Part shown: piece by piece, positions 42,688 through 52,216 of the stretch
How the letters are laid out: the number at the start of each line of letters is the position of its first letter
How positions within the stretch are numbered: position 1 is the first letter of the stretch
From: Dehalococcoidales bacterium
Lineage (GTDB): Bacteria > Chloroflexota > Dehalococcoidia > Dehalococcoidales > RBG-16-60-22
Length of the DNA stretch: 64,000 nt
Assembly: GCA_034430675.1 (NCBI GenBank)
Contig: DAOUEB010000027.1
Location: 650 to 64,649, forward strand
Reading direction: 5' to 3'
The notes under the pieces: model-generated
What the model was told of the DNA's origin: nothing
The model's input: only the letters and a program-made list of their open reading frames with translations
The model's database searches: none
Program-made: the position numbers and the translations under genes

Positions 42688-43374
42688 GTGAACGTAACCA
42701 AAAAGTTAAAGGGACTATCCAGGGAATTAATAGCACTCCGAATCGCCAATGAGCTTGAGGATGGGACCTGTGTTAATCTCGGTATCGGCATACCCACCCT
42801 GGTATCTGACTGGATTGAGGGTAGAGATATCGTACTGCAGGCCGAGCTTGGCATGCTCAATACCGGCCCCCTGGCCGGCAAGGACGAGGTGGAGCAGGAC
42901 CTCATCAATGCCAGCTGCCAGCCGGTCACCGAGCTGGCGGGTAGCTGCTATTTTTCCGAAAACGAGTCATTCGCCATGATACGGGGCGGTTACATGGACG
43001 TGGCCGTCCTGGGCGCCTTACAGGTCTCGGAAAAGGGCGATTTGGCAGGGTGGCAGAACCCGGGCCGGGGATTGCCGGAGGATATCGGCAATATCGGCGG
43101 TTCCATGGACCTGGCTGTCGGCGCTAAAAAAGTCATTATCGCCATGATGCACATAACCAACGATGGCCAGTACAAGATTGTCAAGGAGTGTTCCTATCCC
43201 CTGACAGCGCAGGGGGTGGTTAACCTTATCGTTACCGACCTGTCGGTTATAGAAGTCACCCCGAAAGGTCTTTTACTTAGAGAGGTAGCGTCCGGCCTGA
43301 CCGCCGAAGATGTCCAGTCGGTAACCGAGCCGAAATTAATCGTCAGTCCCAAACTTACTGAAATTAAACTTTAG
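42688..43374 (+). CDS. 3-oxoacid/acetate CoA-transferase subunit B
   Basis: 228 aa. NLGIGIPTLV and SENESFAMIRGGYMDVAVLGALQVSEKGDLA (catalytic Glu region) are typical of ScoB/AtoA. Confidence 0.85.
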   Translation: MNVTKKLKGLSRELIALRIANELEDGTCVNLGIGIPTLVSDWIEGRDIVLQAELGMLNTGPLAGKDEVEQDLINASCQPVTELAGSCYFSENESFAMIRGGYMDVAVLGALQVSEKGDLAGWQNPGRGLPEDIGNIGGSMDLAVGAKKVIIAMMHITNDGQYKIVKECSYPLTAQGVVNLIVTDLSVIEVTPKGLLLREVASGLTAEDVQSVTEPKLIVSPKLTEIKL

Positions 43375-43398
43375 GGTATTTAATAGTGTGAATTTACC

Positions 43399-43430
43399 AA
43401 AGCACAGGTTTATATCTGTGCTTTCTGTTT
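43399..43430 (+). terminator. intrinsic terminator after the CoA-transferase pair
   Basis: AAAGCACAG-N8-CTGTGCTTT followed by CTGTTT. Confidence 0.6.
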
Positions 43431-43494
43431 CCTGCCGCAATTTGCCGGTGCTATAATGAGGTAATATGATGCATCTAAATATAGGAGGCAAGAG

Positions 43495-44094
43495 GTGAAA
43501 ATTTTAGGTCTTTCATTCAGTCCGCGGCCGGATGGCAATACGGTAACTCTGCTGAACCAGGCGCTCGGCGGCGCTCAGGAGGAAGGAGCGGAAACGGAGC
43601 TCTATAGCGTTGCCGGTAAGGATATAAAGCCCTGCGATGGCTGCTGGGGTTGCCGGAAGGCGGGCCAGTGCCATATCAAGGACGAAATGCAGAACTTATA
43701 TGCTAAGCTGCTGGAAGCCGATGGCATTATCTTCGGCACGCCGGTGTATTTCTACAACATGACGGGGCAGGGTAAAACGGTCATCGACCGGACGATTGCC
43801 CTGAACCAGCCCGGGAAAACTCTGGCCAATAAGGTAGGAGGTATTATAGCCGTCGCCGGCAGCTTCGGACTCGTCGACGCCGTGAAGGAACTGTATTTCT
43901 ACATGATTACGCGACGTATGCTACCGGCCAGCTTTATCGCCGCTTATGCCGGTGGCAAAGGCGACGTGAAAAACATGGAGAAGTGCATGCAGGCAACCAG
44001 GGAGCTGGGACATGAGATGGTAAAGATAGCCGCCAAAGGATTCGAGTATCCGGAAGGCGGCACGCACATCGCCTACGGTACGCATACCCGTTAG
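43495..44094 (+). CDS. iron-sulfur flavoprotein / NADPH-dependent FMN reductase family
   Basis: 199 aa. MKILGLSFSPRPDGNT flavodoxin-like start plus a compact CX2CX2CX5C motif (CDGCWGCRKAGQC). Confidence 0.75.
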   Translation: MKILGLSFSPRPDGNTVTLLNQALGGAQEEGAETELYSVAGKDIKPCDGCWGCRKAGQCHIKDEMQNLYAKLLEADGIIFGTPVYFYNMTGQGKTVIDRTIALNQPGKTLANKVGGIIAVAGSFGLVDAVKELYFYMITRRMLPASFIAAYAGGKGDVKNMEKCMQATRELGHEMVKIAAKGFEYPEGGTHIAYGTHTR

Positions 44095-44152
44095 ATTTTA
44101 ACTGAAGAAAAATTTATACCGATGGGAGGACGGATAGGTTAATCGGGGAGAT

Positions 44153-44228
44153 TGGCTCCCGAGGTTGGACTCGAACCAACGACCAAGCGGTTAACAGCCG
44201 CCCGCTCTACCGACTGAGCTACTCGGGA
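44153..44228 (-). tRNA. tRNA-Asn (anticodon GTT)
   Basis: Reverse complement TCCCGAGTAGCTCAGTCGGTAGAGCGGGCGGCTGTTAACCGCTTGGTCGTTGGTTCGAGTCCAACCTCGGGAGCCA. Anticodon loop CTGTTAA. Confidence 0.92.
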
Positions 44229-44351
44229 ATACTTATGCGGAATCCTAAATATTATCGCTTTTTCCCGCTTTGAAGTCAAGCCTGCAAGGCTACCCGCGCG
44301 TGTAGAAAGCTGTTATAATGGGTATGGATATATCGGTTACGGAGTTGATAA

Positions 44352-45023
44352 TTGCCATTAAGCGATAGAGACTATATGAGGCCTTCTCCCCCCCCGGCGA
44401 GGAGAACCAGGGACTACGGTGGTTTCACCCTGAGTCCCGTATGGATAATAATCATCGCCAATCTGATGTTTTTCGTGGCTATTCTTGTTTCTGGCGAGGG
44501 GAGGTATCCTTTCGGTGAGTATCATGAAGTTATCAGCGACAGGTTTACCTATTACATGGGGTTGATACCGTATTACTTCCCCAGCCGACCGTGGACTATA
44601 TTAACCGCTATGTTCGTTCATAGTGGTTTTGGACATATCTTCGGTAATATGATTACTCTTTATTTTTTCGGCTCTTTCTTACACCGATTGATAGGAAGTG
44701 GCAGGTTTCTCCTCGTCTACTTCGTTGGCGGTATTGTAGGTAATGTCCTGTACTTACTCCTGGGAGACTCTCTGTCCATAGCCGTTGGTGCCTCTGGAGC
44801 TGTCTATGCCATCGCGGGAGCCCTGGTGGTGATGATGCCCAGATTAACGGTTCGGTTGTACTTTTTTATCCCGATGCCTCTCTGGGTTGTGGTTCTCGTG
44901 TTTTTCGTTATCTGGTCTTTTATACCCGGAGTAGCCTGGCAGGCACACATGGGCGGACTGGCCGTCGGCCTCGTCGCCGGCTATTTCTACAGGAGAAGGA
45001 TGCGCTACATCTTTTACCGTTAG
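44352..45023 (+). CDS. rhomboid-family intramembrane serine protease
   Basis: 223 aa. HSGFGHIFGNM, GASGAVYAIAGA (GxSG) and the AHMGG (His) motifs. The start may be ATG 44376. Confidence 0.85.
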   Translation: MPLSDRDYMRPSPPPARRTRDYGGFTLSPVWIIIIANLMFFVAILVSGEGRYPFGEYHEVISDRFTYYMGLIPYYFPSRPWTILTAMFVHSGFGHIFGNMITLYFFGSFLHRLIGSGRFLLVYFVGGIVGNVLYLLLGDSLSIAVGASGAVYAIAGALVVMMPRLTVRLYFFIPMPLWVVVLVFFVIWSFIPGVAWQAHMGGLAVGLVAGYFYRRRMRYIFYR

Positions 45024-45116
45024 CGTACCCGCGCTGTACACGCGCAGCTTGACTTTTACGTTCACCGTTCTTATAATATTTAAGTTACCCTATTATTTTA
45101 TTGTGCTGAGAATTAT

Positions 45117-45189
45117 GCCCGAGTGGCGCAATGGAAGCGCAACCGACTTGTAATCGGTAGGTTGAAGGGTTCGAATCCCTCCTCGGGCT
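45117..45189 (+). tRNA. tRNA-Thr (anticodon TGT)
   Basis: GCCCGAGTGGCGCAATGGAAGCGCAACCGACTTGTAATCGGTAGGTTGAAGGGTTCGAATCCCTCCTCGGGCT. Anticodon loop CTTGTAA. One A-C mismatch at the base of the T stem; no encoded CCA. Confidence 0.8.
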
Positions 45190-45214
45190 GGGTTTAAAGT
45201 GGTGGACTGCGCCG

Positions 45215-45301
45215 GGAGGGGTGCCGGAGTGGTTAATCGGAGCAGACTGTAAATCTGCCGCCCTAAGGGCTACGCAGGTTCGAATCCTGCCCCCTCCACC
45301 A
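45215..45301 (+). tRNA. tRNA-Tyr (anticodon GTA)
   Basis: GGAGGGGTGCCGGAGTGGTTAATCGGAGCAGACTGTAAATCTGC...GCAGGTTCGAATCCTGCCCCCTCCACCA. Long variable arm, anticodon loop CTGTAAA. Confidence 0.92.
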
Positions 45302-45369
45302 TAATGTAAGTCCAATACTATAATGAAGTATAGACAAATAGTCATATAAATCTGTATAATAAAACTGGC

Positions 45370-45442
45370 GCCCACATAGCTCAGTCGGTAGAGCACATTC
45401 TTGGTAAGAATGGGGTCATCGGTTCGAATCCGATTGTGGGCT
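45370..45442 (+). tRNA. tRNA-Thr (anticodon GGT)
   Basis: GCCCACATAGCTCAGTCGGTAGAGCACATTCTTGGTAAGAATGGGGTCATCGGTTCGAATCCGATTGTGGGCT forms a perfect cloverleaf. Anticodon loop TTGGTAA. Confidence 0.92.
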
Positions 45443-45462
45443 CGGAATAAAGGGAGGTTGAA

Positions 45463-46665
45463 ATGGCGAAAGAGAAATTTGACAGGTCGAAACCACATGT
45501 AAACGTGGGTACTATCGGTCACGTTGACCACGGAAAGACGACCCTCACCTCGGCGATAACACTGGTATTGTCCAAGTACGGCACCACCGGCTACCGCACC
45601 TTCGAGAGTATCGACAATGCCCCGGAAGAGAAGGCGAGGGGTCTGACCATTGCCATTGCCCATATTGAATACGAAACGGAAAAAAGGCATTATGCCCACA
45701 TCGACTGTCCCGGTCATGCCGACTTTATTAAAAACATGATTACCGGCGCCGCCCAGATGGATGGGACTATACTGGTAGTGAGCGCTCCGGACGGGCCCAT
45801 GCCGCAGACCAGAGAGCATGTCCTGCTGGCGCGTCAGGTGCAGGTCCCTTACATTGTGGTCGCCCTGAACAAGGTGGACATGATGGATGACGAGGAGCTA
45901 CTGGAACTGGTGGAAGTCGAGGTAAGGGAGCTTCTCAGCAAGTACGAGTTCCCCGGCGATGATATCCCGGTTGTACGTGTCAGCGCCCTTAAAGCCCTCG
46001 AGTGCGGCTGCGGTAAGAGGGAATGCGAGTGGTGTGGCCCTATCCTGAAGCTGATGGATGCCGTTGACGCTTATATCCCGGTACCGGAACGCCCCAAGGA
46101 CCAGCCGTTCCTGATGCACGTCGAGGACGTTTTCAGCATAAAGGGGCGGGGCACCGTGCCCACCGGCAGGGTTGAACGCGGTACGGTTAAAGTCGGCGAC
46201 GATGTCGAGATTGTCGGGCTGCATCATGAGCCTCGCAAGGTCGTTATTACCGGTCTGGAAATGTTCCATAAGACGCTGGACCAGGCCGAGGCGGGCGATG
46301 CCGTCGGTGCGCTTCTCAGGGGCGTCGAGCGTGAAGACATCGAGCGTGGTCAGGTGCTGGCGGCTCCGGGTACCATCAAACCGCATACCTACGCCGAGGG
46401 TCAGGTCTACGTTCTGACCAAGGATGAAGGCGGCCGGCATACACCGTTCTTTAACGGCTACAAGCCCCAGTTCTACATCCGGACGACCGACGTTACCGGC
46501 ACCATCGAGCTGCCGGAAGGCGTAGAGATGGTCATGCCCGGTGATAACATCAATATGAAGATAAAACTCATCTACCCGGTCGCTCTGGAAGAGGGTTTGC
46601 GTTTTGCTATTCGTGAAGGAGGTAGGACGGTAGGTGCTGGCACCTTTACCAAGATTCTAGAATAA
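45463..46665 (+). CDS. tuf: elongation factor Tu
   Basis: 400 aa. [18 protein letters not shown] and NKVD G-motifs, with a full-length EF-Tu sequence. Confidence 0.98.
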   Translation: MAKEKFDRSKPHVNVGTIGHVDHGKTTLTSAITLVLSKYGTTGYRTFESIDNAPEEKARGLTIAIAHIEYETEKRHYAHIDCPGHADFIKNMITGAAQMDGTILVVSAPDGPMPQTREHVLLARQVQVPYIVVALNKVDMMDDEELLELVEVEVRELLSKYEFPGDDIPVVRVSALKALECGCGKRECEWCGPILKLMDAVDAYIPVPERPKDQPFLMHVEDVFSIKGRGTVPTGRVERGTVKVGDDVEIVGLHHEPRKVVITGLEMFHKTLDQAEAGDAVGALLRGVEREDIERGQVLAAPGTIKPHTYAEGQVYVLTKDEGGRHTPFFNGYKPQFYIRTTDVTGTIELPEGVEMVMPGDNINMKIKLIYPVALEEGLRFAIREGGRTVGAGTFTKILE

Positions 46666-46668
46666 ATT

Positions 46669-46836
46669 ATGGCCAAGAAAGCTGAAGCACGGGGTGTGAT
46701 TTACCTTGCCTGTACCGAGTGCAAGGAGCGGACCTATACGACAACCAAAAACAGGAGAAACGATACGCAGCGTTTAGAGCTTAACAAGTATTGCCCCCGC
46801 TGCCGCACACATCGACTGCATCGGGAGGCAAAGTAG
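46669..46836 (+). CDS. rpmG: 50S ribosomal protein L33
   Basis: Below the ORF-track cutoff. Translation [55 protein letters not shown] (CxxC...CxxC L33 pattern). Conserved position between tuf and secE. Confidence 0.9.
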   Translation: MAKKAEARGVIYLACTECKERTYTTTKNRRNDTQRLELNKYCPRCRTHRLHREAK

Positions 46837-46869
46837 CCAGGCGCTGCTATTAAGTGGAAGTTACCGGCG

Positions 46870-47088
46870 ATGACACATCAGACGACAACCAAGCGAAGAG
46901 GCTTTAAGCTATTCAATTACGTTAGCGAGACTGTCAATGAGCTGAAAAAGGTAGTCTGGCTCACCAGGAGAGAGATTGCGTACTTAACGGGACTGGTACT
47001 GATTGTTACCATTATTGCGGGCATCGTTCTGGGAGCTATTGATTTCGGTTTCACTGAACTCGTGAACAAGATTTTCGTGGGTAGATAA
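46870..47088 (+). CDS. secE: preprotein translocase subunit SecE
   Basis: 72 aa. ELKKVVWLTRREI followed by a single TM helix. Conserved position before nusG. Confidence 0.88.
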   Translation: MTHQTTTKRRGFKLFNYVSETVNELKKVVWLTRREIAYLTGLVLIVTIIAGIVLGAIDFGFTELVNKIFVGR

Positions 47089-47174
47089 GAGCTTGTCTCC
47101 TGGATTGAATTGAGGTCGTCTGGTGTACGGGACAGTCGTTGTCTTTCCCAAAAATTCAGGTAGTGAGGTTATTT

Positions 47175-47708
47175 GTGGCGGAGAATGACAAAAGCTGGTA
47201 TGTGATTCATACCTATTCCGGGCATGAAGAGCGGGTCAAGAAGAACCTGGCGCAGCGTGTTAAGTTCATGGACTCCGGGAATGAAATTGCCCAGGTGGTG
47301 ATACCCACCGAGGATGAGATTGAGGTCAAGGGTGGACGCCGCCGCACGGTGACCAAGAAAATATTGCCCGGTTATGTCCTGGTTCAGATGAGGATGGATG
47401 AAACCAGCTGGAGCGTCGTTCGTAATACTCCGGGCGTTACCGGTTTTGTCGGCAGCGGCAACACACCGACGCCACTGCAGGAGAAAGAGGTTGGTGAGAT
47501 TCTGAAACAGATGATGGCCGAGACTCCCAAGGTCAAGGTTGGCTTCCGCAGGGGGCAGAGCGTCAGGGTTACTGACGGCCCGTTTATTGATTTCGTGGGT
47601 GTCGTCGATGAGATAAACATGGGAAAAGGCAAAGTCAAAGTGTTTCTCTCCTTATTCGGTCAGGAAACGCCGGTGGAGCTTGACTTATTACAGATAGACA
47701 AACTGTGA
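47175..47708 (+). CDS. nusG: transcription termination/antitermination factor NusG
   Basis: ORF track 47139-47708. GTG 47175 is preferred (AGTGAGG upstream). KSWYVIHTYSGHE start, and a KOW motif GQSVRVTDGPFIDFVGVV. Confidence 0.93.
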   Translation: MAENDKSWYVIHTYSGHEERVKKNLAQRVKFMDSGNEIAQVVIPTEDEIEVKGGRRRTVTKKILPGYVLVQMRMDETSWSVVRNTPGVTGFVGSGNTPTPLQEKEVGEILKQMMAETPKVKVGFRRGQSVRVTDGPFIDFVGVVDEINMGKGKVKVFLSLFGQETPVELDLLQIDKL

Positions 47709-47726
47709 TGTTCCCGGAGATATAGA

Positions 47727-48149
47727 ATGGCAAAAAAGGTAAAAGCAGTTATTAAACTACAGATTCCAGCCGGGCAGGCAAATCCGGCACCGCCGGTGGG
47801 TCCGGCTTTAGGTCAGCACGGGCTCAATATCATGGGTTTTTGTAAGGAGTATAACGAAAGGACGGCAAACCAGTCCGGTTCCATTATACCGGTTGAAATA
47901 ACGGTTTATGAAGACAGGACATATACCTTCATAACCAAGACGCCGCCGACATCCGATTTGCTCAGGAAAGCACTGACCATTGAGAAAGCCAGCGGCCGGG
48001 CGGGTCATGAGGAGGCCGGTACGCTCTCCAGGCAAAAGCTCCGTGAAATTGCCGAGCTTAAGGCCAGAGACCTGAACGCCAATAGTATTGAAGCCGCCGA
48101 GCGGATTATTGAAGGAACTGCCCGGAGTATGGGTATAAAGGTGGAGTAA
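47727..48149 (+). CDS. rplK: 50S ribosomal protein L11
   Basis: 140 aa. [34 protein letters not shown]. Confidence 0.97.
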   Translation: MAKKVKAVIKLQIPAGQANPAPPVGPALGQHGLNIMGFCKEYNERTANQSGSIIPVEITVYEDRTYTFITKTPPTSDLLRKALTIEKASGRAGHEEAGTLSRQKLREIAELKARDLNANSIEAAERIIEGTARSMGIKVE

Positions 48150-48150
48150 C

Positions 48151-48864
48151 ATGGTAAGACACGGCGGGAAATATCAGGAAGCAGCAGCACAGGTTGACCG
48201 GACAACGGCATACCAACCGCAGGAAGCGATTGGGCTGGCCAAAAAGTCGGCCCATGCCAAGTTCGATGAGACCATCGAGCTTCACCTGCGGATGGGTCTC
48301 GACCCGCGCAATGCTCAGCAGCAGGTAAGAGGGGTAGCCCTGCTGCCTCACGGATTGGGCAAGAAGGTGAGTGTTCTGGTTTTTGCCCAGGGAGAGTCGG
48401 AGAAAGTGGCCTCGGACGCCGGCGCGGATTACGTCGGCGGTGATGACCTTATCAAGAAAATTGAAGATGGCTGGATTGATTTCGATACGGCCATTGCCAT
48501 CCCCGAGATGATGGGTAAGGTAGGCAAGCTGGGTAAAATCCTGGGCAGGCGGGGCTTGATGCCCAATCCCAAGTCCGGGACGGTTGTCCAGATGAATGAT
48601 TTGCCCAGGGTAATTGAGGACGCGCGCAAGGGGAGAGTGGAATATAAACTGGACAGGACGGCCATTATCCACGTGCCTCTGGGTAAAGTCAGCTTTGAAG
48701 CTGCAATGTTAATGGATAATCTGACGGCGGTAATGGAAGCCGTGGTCAAGGCCAGGCCCAGCGGCGCCAAGGGACAGTATGTCAAGAGCGCCTATATTAC
48801 CACCACCATGGGGCCGGGTATAAAGCTCGACCTTTCGACCGCACTCACTTTAAGTGCCAGTTAA
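48151..48864 (+). CDS. rplA: 50S ribosomal protein L1
   Basis: 237 aa. FDETIELHLRMGLDPRNAQQQVRG and GLMPNPKSGTV motifs. Confidence 0.97.
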   Translation: MVRHGGKYQEAAAQVDRTTAYQPQEAIGLAKKSAHAKFDETIELHLRMGLDPRNAQQQVRGVALLPHGLGKKVSVLVFAQGESEKVASDAGADYVGGDDLIKKIEDGWIDFDTAIAIPEMMGKVGKLGKILGRRGLMPNPKSGTVVQMNDLPRVIEDARKGRVEYKLDRTAIIHVPLGKVSFEAAMLMDNLTAVMEAVVKARPSGAKGQYVKSAYITTTMGPGIKLDLSTALTLSAS

Positions 48865-48885
48865 CTTTACGACCCCGTAGAGTTG

Positions 48886-49093
48886 TGCTAAAATAGATTA
48901 GTAATTGAATTAAGAGTCCTGAGACAGCGGGTGTCCCGATTCTATCGGGGCTTAATGGTGTGCCTGCCGAGGATAAAGCGATACTGTACTGAGTACAGAT
49001 TTAGTCAGGTCCTTGTGCGGCAGGCACAGGGGCTTTTTCTTTACACATGGTTTAATTAGCGTGGAGTACGGCGGTATTGCAGGAGGTATGAGA
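48886..49093 (+). promoter_or_regulatory. rplJL promoter (extended -10 TGcTAAAAT) and structured L10-leader-like 5' UTR
   Basis: TG at 48886-48887 and TAAAAT at 48889-48894. A long stem GTGCCTGCCG (48960-48969) / CGGCAGGCAC (49019-49028) encloses the CTGTACtgaGTACAG hairpin and is followed by GGGGCTTTTTCTTT. Confidence 0.45.
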
Positions 49094-49618
49094 ATGGTAA
49101 CAGAAAAGAAGGTAAAGCTCGTCGAAAGCCTGCAGGAGACATTCTCCGGGTGCAATGTCGGTGTCCTGACGGACTACCGGGGTCTGGCTACTGCCGAGTT
49201 GAACGATTTGCGCCGCAAACTAAGAGAGGCGGGTATCGAATACAGGGTAGTGAAGAACTCGCTGGCGCAATTCGCCGCAAAGAAGGCCGGCATGGGCGAA
49301 CTGGCTGACTCTTTTTCGGGTCCGGTAGCTGTGGCTTTCGGCTATGGTGAGATACCCGACGTGGCCAAGGTCCTGACGGATTACATCCGCACCACGAAGT
49401 CAATCCTGAGAATCAAGGGGGGCTTTTTGTCGGATAGAGTCTTAAGCCCCGGTGATGTGGCGTCCCTGGCCAGATTACCATCGAGAGAGGTGTTAATAGG
49501 CCAGGTACTGGCCGGAATGCAGAGTCCAATCTACGGACTGGTAAATGTGCTTGCGGGCCCTATCAGGGGTGTTATGGGAGTGCTGCAGGCTAGAATTCAA
49601 CAACTGGAGGGAGAGTAA
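49094..49618 (+). CDS. rplJ: 50S ribosomal protein L10
   Basis: ORF track 49013-49618. ATG 49094 is preferred (AGGAGG 7 nt upstream). [31 protein letters not shown] matches L10. Confidence 0.93.
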   Translation: MVTEKKVKLVESLQETFSGCNVGVLTDYRGLATAELNDLRRKLREAGIEYRVVKNSLAQFAAKKAGMGELADSFSGPVAVAFGYGEIPDVAKVLTDYIRTTKSILRIKGGFLSDRVLSPGDVASLARLPSREVLIGQVLAGMQSPIYGLVNVLAGPIRGVMGVLQARIQQLEGE

Positions 49619-49619
49619 A

Positions 49620-50150
49620 ATGGCAGACGAAGAGAAGAAAGAAGAAGCTGCGGTAGAGGAACCGAAGGCCGAGGAGCCCGCACCGGAAAAGCCGAAGGCT
49701 GAAAAGCCCGCGCCGGAAAAGGAAGAGGCCAGGAAACCCAAGGCGGCCAAGGCCGAGAAGCCCAAGGTATCGTCGGCAGCTATCGACGATATAATGTCGA
49801 CTATCAAGAATATGTCCGTGCTGGAGCTGGCGGAACTGGTGAAGGCATTGGAGACCGAGTTCGGCGTTAGCGCCGCGGCACCGGTAGCCGTAGCTGCTGC
49901 GGCAGCACCGGCGGCTGAAGCGGCCGAGGTCGAGGAGCAGACGGAGTTCGCCGTCATTCTTACGGGAATCGGCGCTAACAAGATTAATGTCATCAAGGCC
50001 GTCCGCGAGTTGACCACCCTGGGTCTGAAAGAATCCAAGGACCTGGTGGAAGGCGCGCCCAAACCGGTTAAAGAAGGCATCAGCAAGGAAGAGGCCGCCA
50101 CGGCCAAACAGAAACTGGAAGCAGCCGGCGCCACTGCCGAAGTCAAATAA
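49620..50150 (+). CDS. rplL: 50S ribosomal protein L7/L12 with ~50-aa K/E/P/A-rich N-terminal extension
   Basis: ATG 49620 lies 1 nt after the rplJ stop, with GGAGGGAGAG upstream. The canonical L12 part starts near [31 protein letters not shown] and ends [32 protein letters not shown]. Confidence 0.88.
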   Translation: MADEEKKEEAAVEEPKAEEPAPEKPKAEKPAPEKEEARKPKAAKAEKPKVSSAAIDDIMSTIKNMSVLELAELVKALETEFGVSAAAPVAVAAAAAPAAEAAEVEEQTEFAVILTGIGANKINVIKAVRELTTLGLKESKDLVEGAPKPVKEGISKEEAATAKQKLEAAGATAEVK

Positions 50151-50166
50151 CTTTGTTCTGATATAG

Positions 50167-50205
50167 CAGGCGGGTGGGGTTTACGGACTGGCCCGCCTGT
50201 TTGCA
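50167..50205 (+). terminator. hairpin terminator after rplL
   Basis: CAGGCGGG (50167-50174) / CCCGCCTG (50192-50199) followed by TTTG. The U-tract is weak. Confidence 0.45.
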
Positions 50206-50268
50206 AATTCCGCGCCGATGGCATATAGTTTTAGCACTAATACTCCACGTTAAGGAGTCGGCCGTACT

Positions 50269-50532
50269 ATGCCTCAAGGGGACTGGGATGTAATGATGAT
50301 TGTGGGCGGTGTGTTTATGGTCCTGGGTATTAGCGGGATTATCTGGGGTAGGTACGAGGAAAAGAAATACTATGAAGCTCTCACGGCCCGTACTGACGTG
50401 AGAGAGTTCGTGTCACACTGGCCGGAGCGCCCGCAGCCAGGGGCATTGAAAACAGGTGGCTGGATAGCCATCGCCTTGGGAGTTATGATGCTGATAGCGG
50501 GTATTATTTTCTGGCTTCTGTCCGGGTCTTAA
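50269..50532 (+). CDS. small membrane protein (two helices)
   Basis: 87 aa with hydrophobic N- and C-terminal helices (MMIVGGVFMVLGISGIIWG, WIAIALGVMMLIAGIIFWLL). Confidence 0.5.
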   Translation: MPQGDWDVMMIVGGVFMVLGISGIIWGRYEEKKYYEALTARTDVREFVSHWPERPQPGALKTGGWIAIALGVMMLIAGIIFWLLSGS

Positions 50533-50573
50533 TAGAGCTCCGTGACGGCCAGGCTTATCCCCGAAGCTAATCT

Positions 50574-51035
50574 TTAGAAGTACATCTTGCCGGGACCCGT
50601 GGTATAGTGGAACACGGGACGGTCCACTTTCAGGAACGTCAGCGGGCAGTGCTGGAGTCCCGCGGGGATAAAGACGAGGCAGCTTTTCGTGATGATATGC
50701 TTTTCGTCCCCCAGCCATAGCTCGACCTCGGCGCCCAGGTCATTAGGGTCATCCAAATCGGTGCCGATGAAGGCAATAACCTCGTCGTAGTCGTGCGTAT
50801 GGGGTTCCGTGCCGACACTCCTGCCGGCCTCGCCACCCGGCACGGTGCCCGCCGGCCGGGGCAGTACCCAGACGCATTCCATGTAGAAAGCTCCCGGTGC
50901 GACATTATTGTCCAGGTACAGGACGCGACCGCCTTTATTTTTCCCGGCTGCCGATATCGGCGGACTCCAGTCGGCTTCCACTGCCGGCTGCTTTAGCTCG
51001 CTGACGATGTATTTGCCGTATTTCGATTCAGTCAT
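50574..51035 (-). CDS. cupin-like small protein, paralog 1
   Basis: 153 aa. MTESKYGKYIV start, HTHDYDEVIAFIG (cupin motif 1) and FIPAGLQHCPL (motif 2). Confidence 0.75.
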   Translation of the reverse strand: MTESKYGKYIVSELKQPAVEADWSPPISAAGKNKGGRVLYLDNNVAPGAFYMECVWVLPRPAGTVPGGEAGRSVGTEPHTHDYDEVIAFIGTDLDDPNDLGAEVELWLGDEKHIITKSCLVFIPAGLQHCPLTFLKVDRPVFHYTTGPGKMYF

Positions 51036-51156
51036 TTTTTTCGTTTCCCTTCCATCAGGAATTAATCAGGTGAGATTTCCTCACTCTTCCGGCTCAACCG
51101 GCCTGTGTCGGTGGATTCAAAGGAGTGACGACTATTATCAGAAGGCTTTTATTCTT

Positions 51157-51588
51157 TTATTCGTAAAACTCGGTAGACCCCGCGGAGAAGTGGAAAATGG
51201 GTTTGGTCACGTTTCTGACGATTAAGGGGCCATGCTGCACGCCCGCCGGTATAAATGCCGAAAAACTTTCTTTGATTACGTGCTTTTCTCCATCTATCGT
51301 GAACTCTATTTCGGCTCCCAGGTCGTGGATATCATCGTAGTTATATACGTAGAAGCCGAGGTACTGTCCCCAGTTATGGGTATGGGAGTCCGCCAGGACC
51401 TTATCTCCCCGGGACGTATCTCCCGGCGTAATCCACATGCACTCGTTGTAGAACTTGGCGCCGGGTACGGTATCGGCGTCTATGTGAGTCACCCGCTTGA
51501 TAAAGTCGTAATCATGGCGGTATGAAGGGAGCTTCAGGTTGGGTTTATCCGCGGTAACAAAGTATTTAGCGTATTTCTTTTCTGCCAT
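51157..51588 (-). CDS. cupin-like small protein, paralog 2
   Basis: 143 aa. MAEKKYAKYFV, HTHNWGQYLGF, FIPAGVQHGPL. Confidence 0.75.
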   Translation of the reverse strand: MAEKKYAKYFVTADKPNLKLPSYRHDYDFIKRVTHIDADTVPGAKFYNECMWITPGDTSRGDKVLADSHTHNWGQYLGFYVYNYDDIHDLGAEIEFTIDGEKHVIKESFSAFIPAGVQHGPLIVRNVTKPIFHFSAGSTEFYE

Positions 51589-51649
51589 TTCTCTTTTCCT
51601 CTTCTATCAATATATATTTGTTTTCGATTCAGGTTAAGGGACAATCCCG

Positions 51650-52162
51650 TTAGCGGTACATCTGGCCCGGGCCCATGGTGAAGTGGAACATGGGCCTGTC
51701 TACTCTCAGTGTCCTGAGGGGGCAATGCCGGACGTTTTCCGGGATGTAGACCACGAAGCTCTTATCGAAGACGTATTTCTCGTCTTCCATCCAGAACTCG
51801 ATAACGCCGCCCAGGTCGCTCGGGTCATCCGTGTTGGTTCCGAAATAAGACAGAAGCTCGGGGAAGGGGTGGCTGTGGGGGGCAAGGACCGGGTTCTTCT
51901 TCTCTTCTTCGGGGGTCAGCGGCCTCATCGGCGGCATGTCCTTCATCGCCTGGGGCCAGAACCAGACGGCCTCGGCATAGAAAGCGCCCGGTATCACCTC
52001 GCTGTCCATCCAGACGACGTGCTCCATAAACCGGCGCTTACCCTCGACTTCTCCCTGGCCGAGCCTTTCTCTTTCACCGGCCCTGAACCCGGGCAGCTCT
52101 ATGTTTTTCTTGAGTTCCGTACAGATATACTTCCCGTATTTTGATTCTGCCATTTTTGCCAT
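51650..52162 (-). CDS. cupin-like small protein, paralog 3
   Basis: 170 aa. AESKYGKYICTELK, HSHPFPELLSYFG, YIPENVRHCPL. Confidence 0.75.
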   Translation of the reverse strand: MAKMAESKYGKYICTELKKNIELPGFRAGERERLGQGEVEGKRRFMEHVVWMDSEVIPGAFYAEAVWFWPQAMKDMPPMRPLTPEEEKKNPVLAPHSHPFPELLSYFGTNTDDPSDLGGVIEFWMEDEKYVFDKSFVVYIPENVRHCPLRTLRVDRPMFHFTMGPGQMYR

Positions 52163-52216
52163 TTTCCTTTCGTTGTTATTTGGTTATACGAATTCAAGGT
52201 AAATGTCTCGTATTAT

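Noticed and set aside
49013-49093. Upstream extension of rplJ (MCGRHRGFFFTHGLISVEYGGIAGGMR)
   Set aside because: It overlaps the structured leader hairpin. The conserved L10 sequence starts at the Met at 49094, which has a well-spaced AGGAGG.
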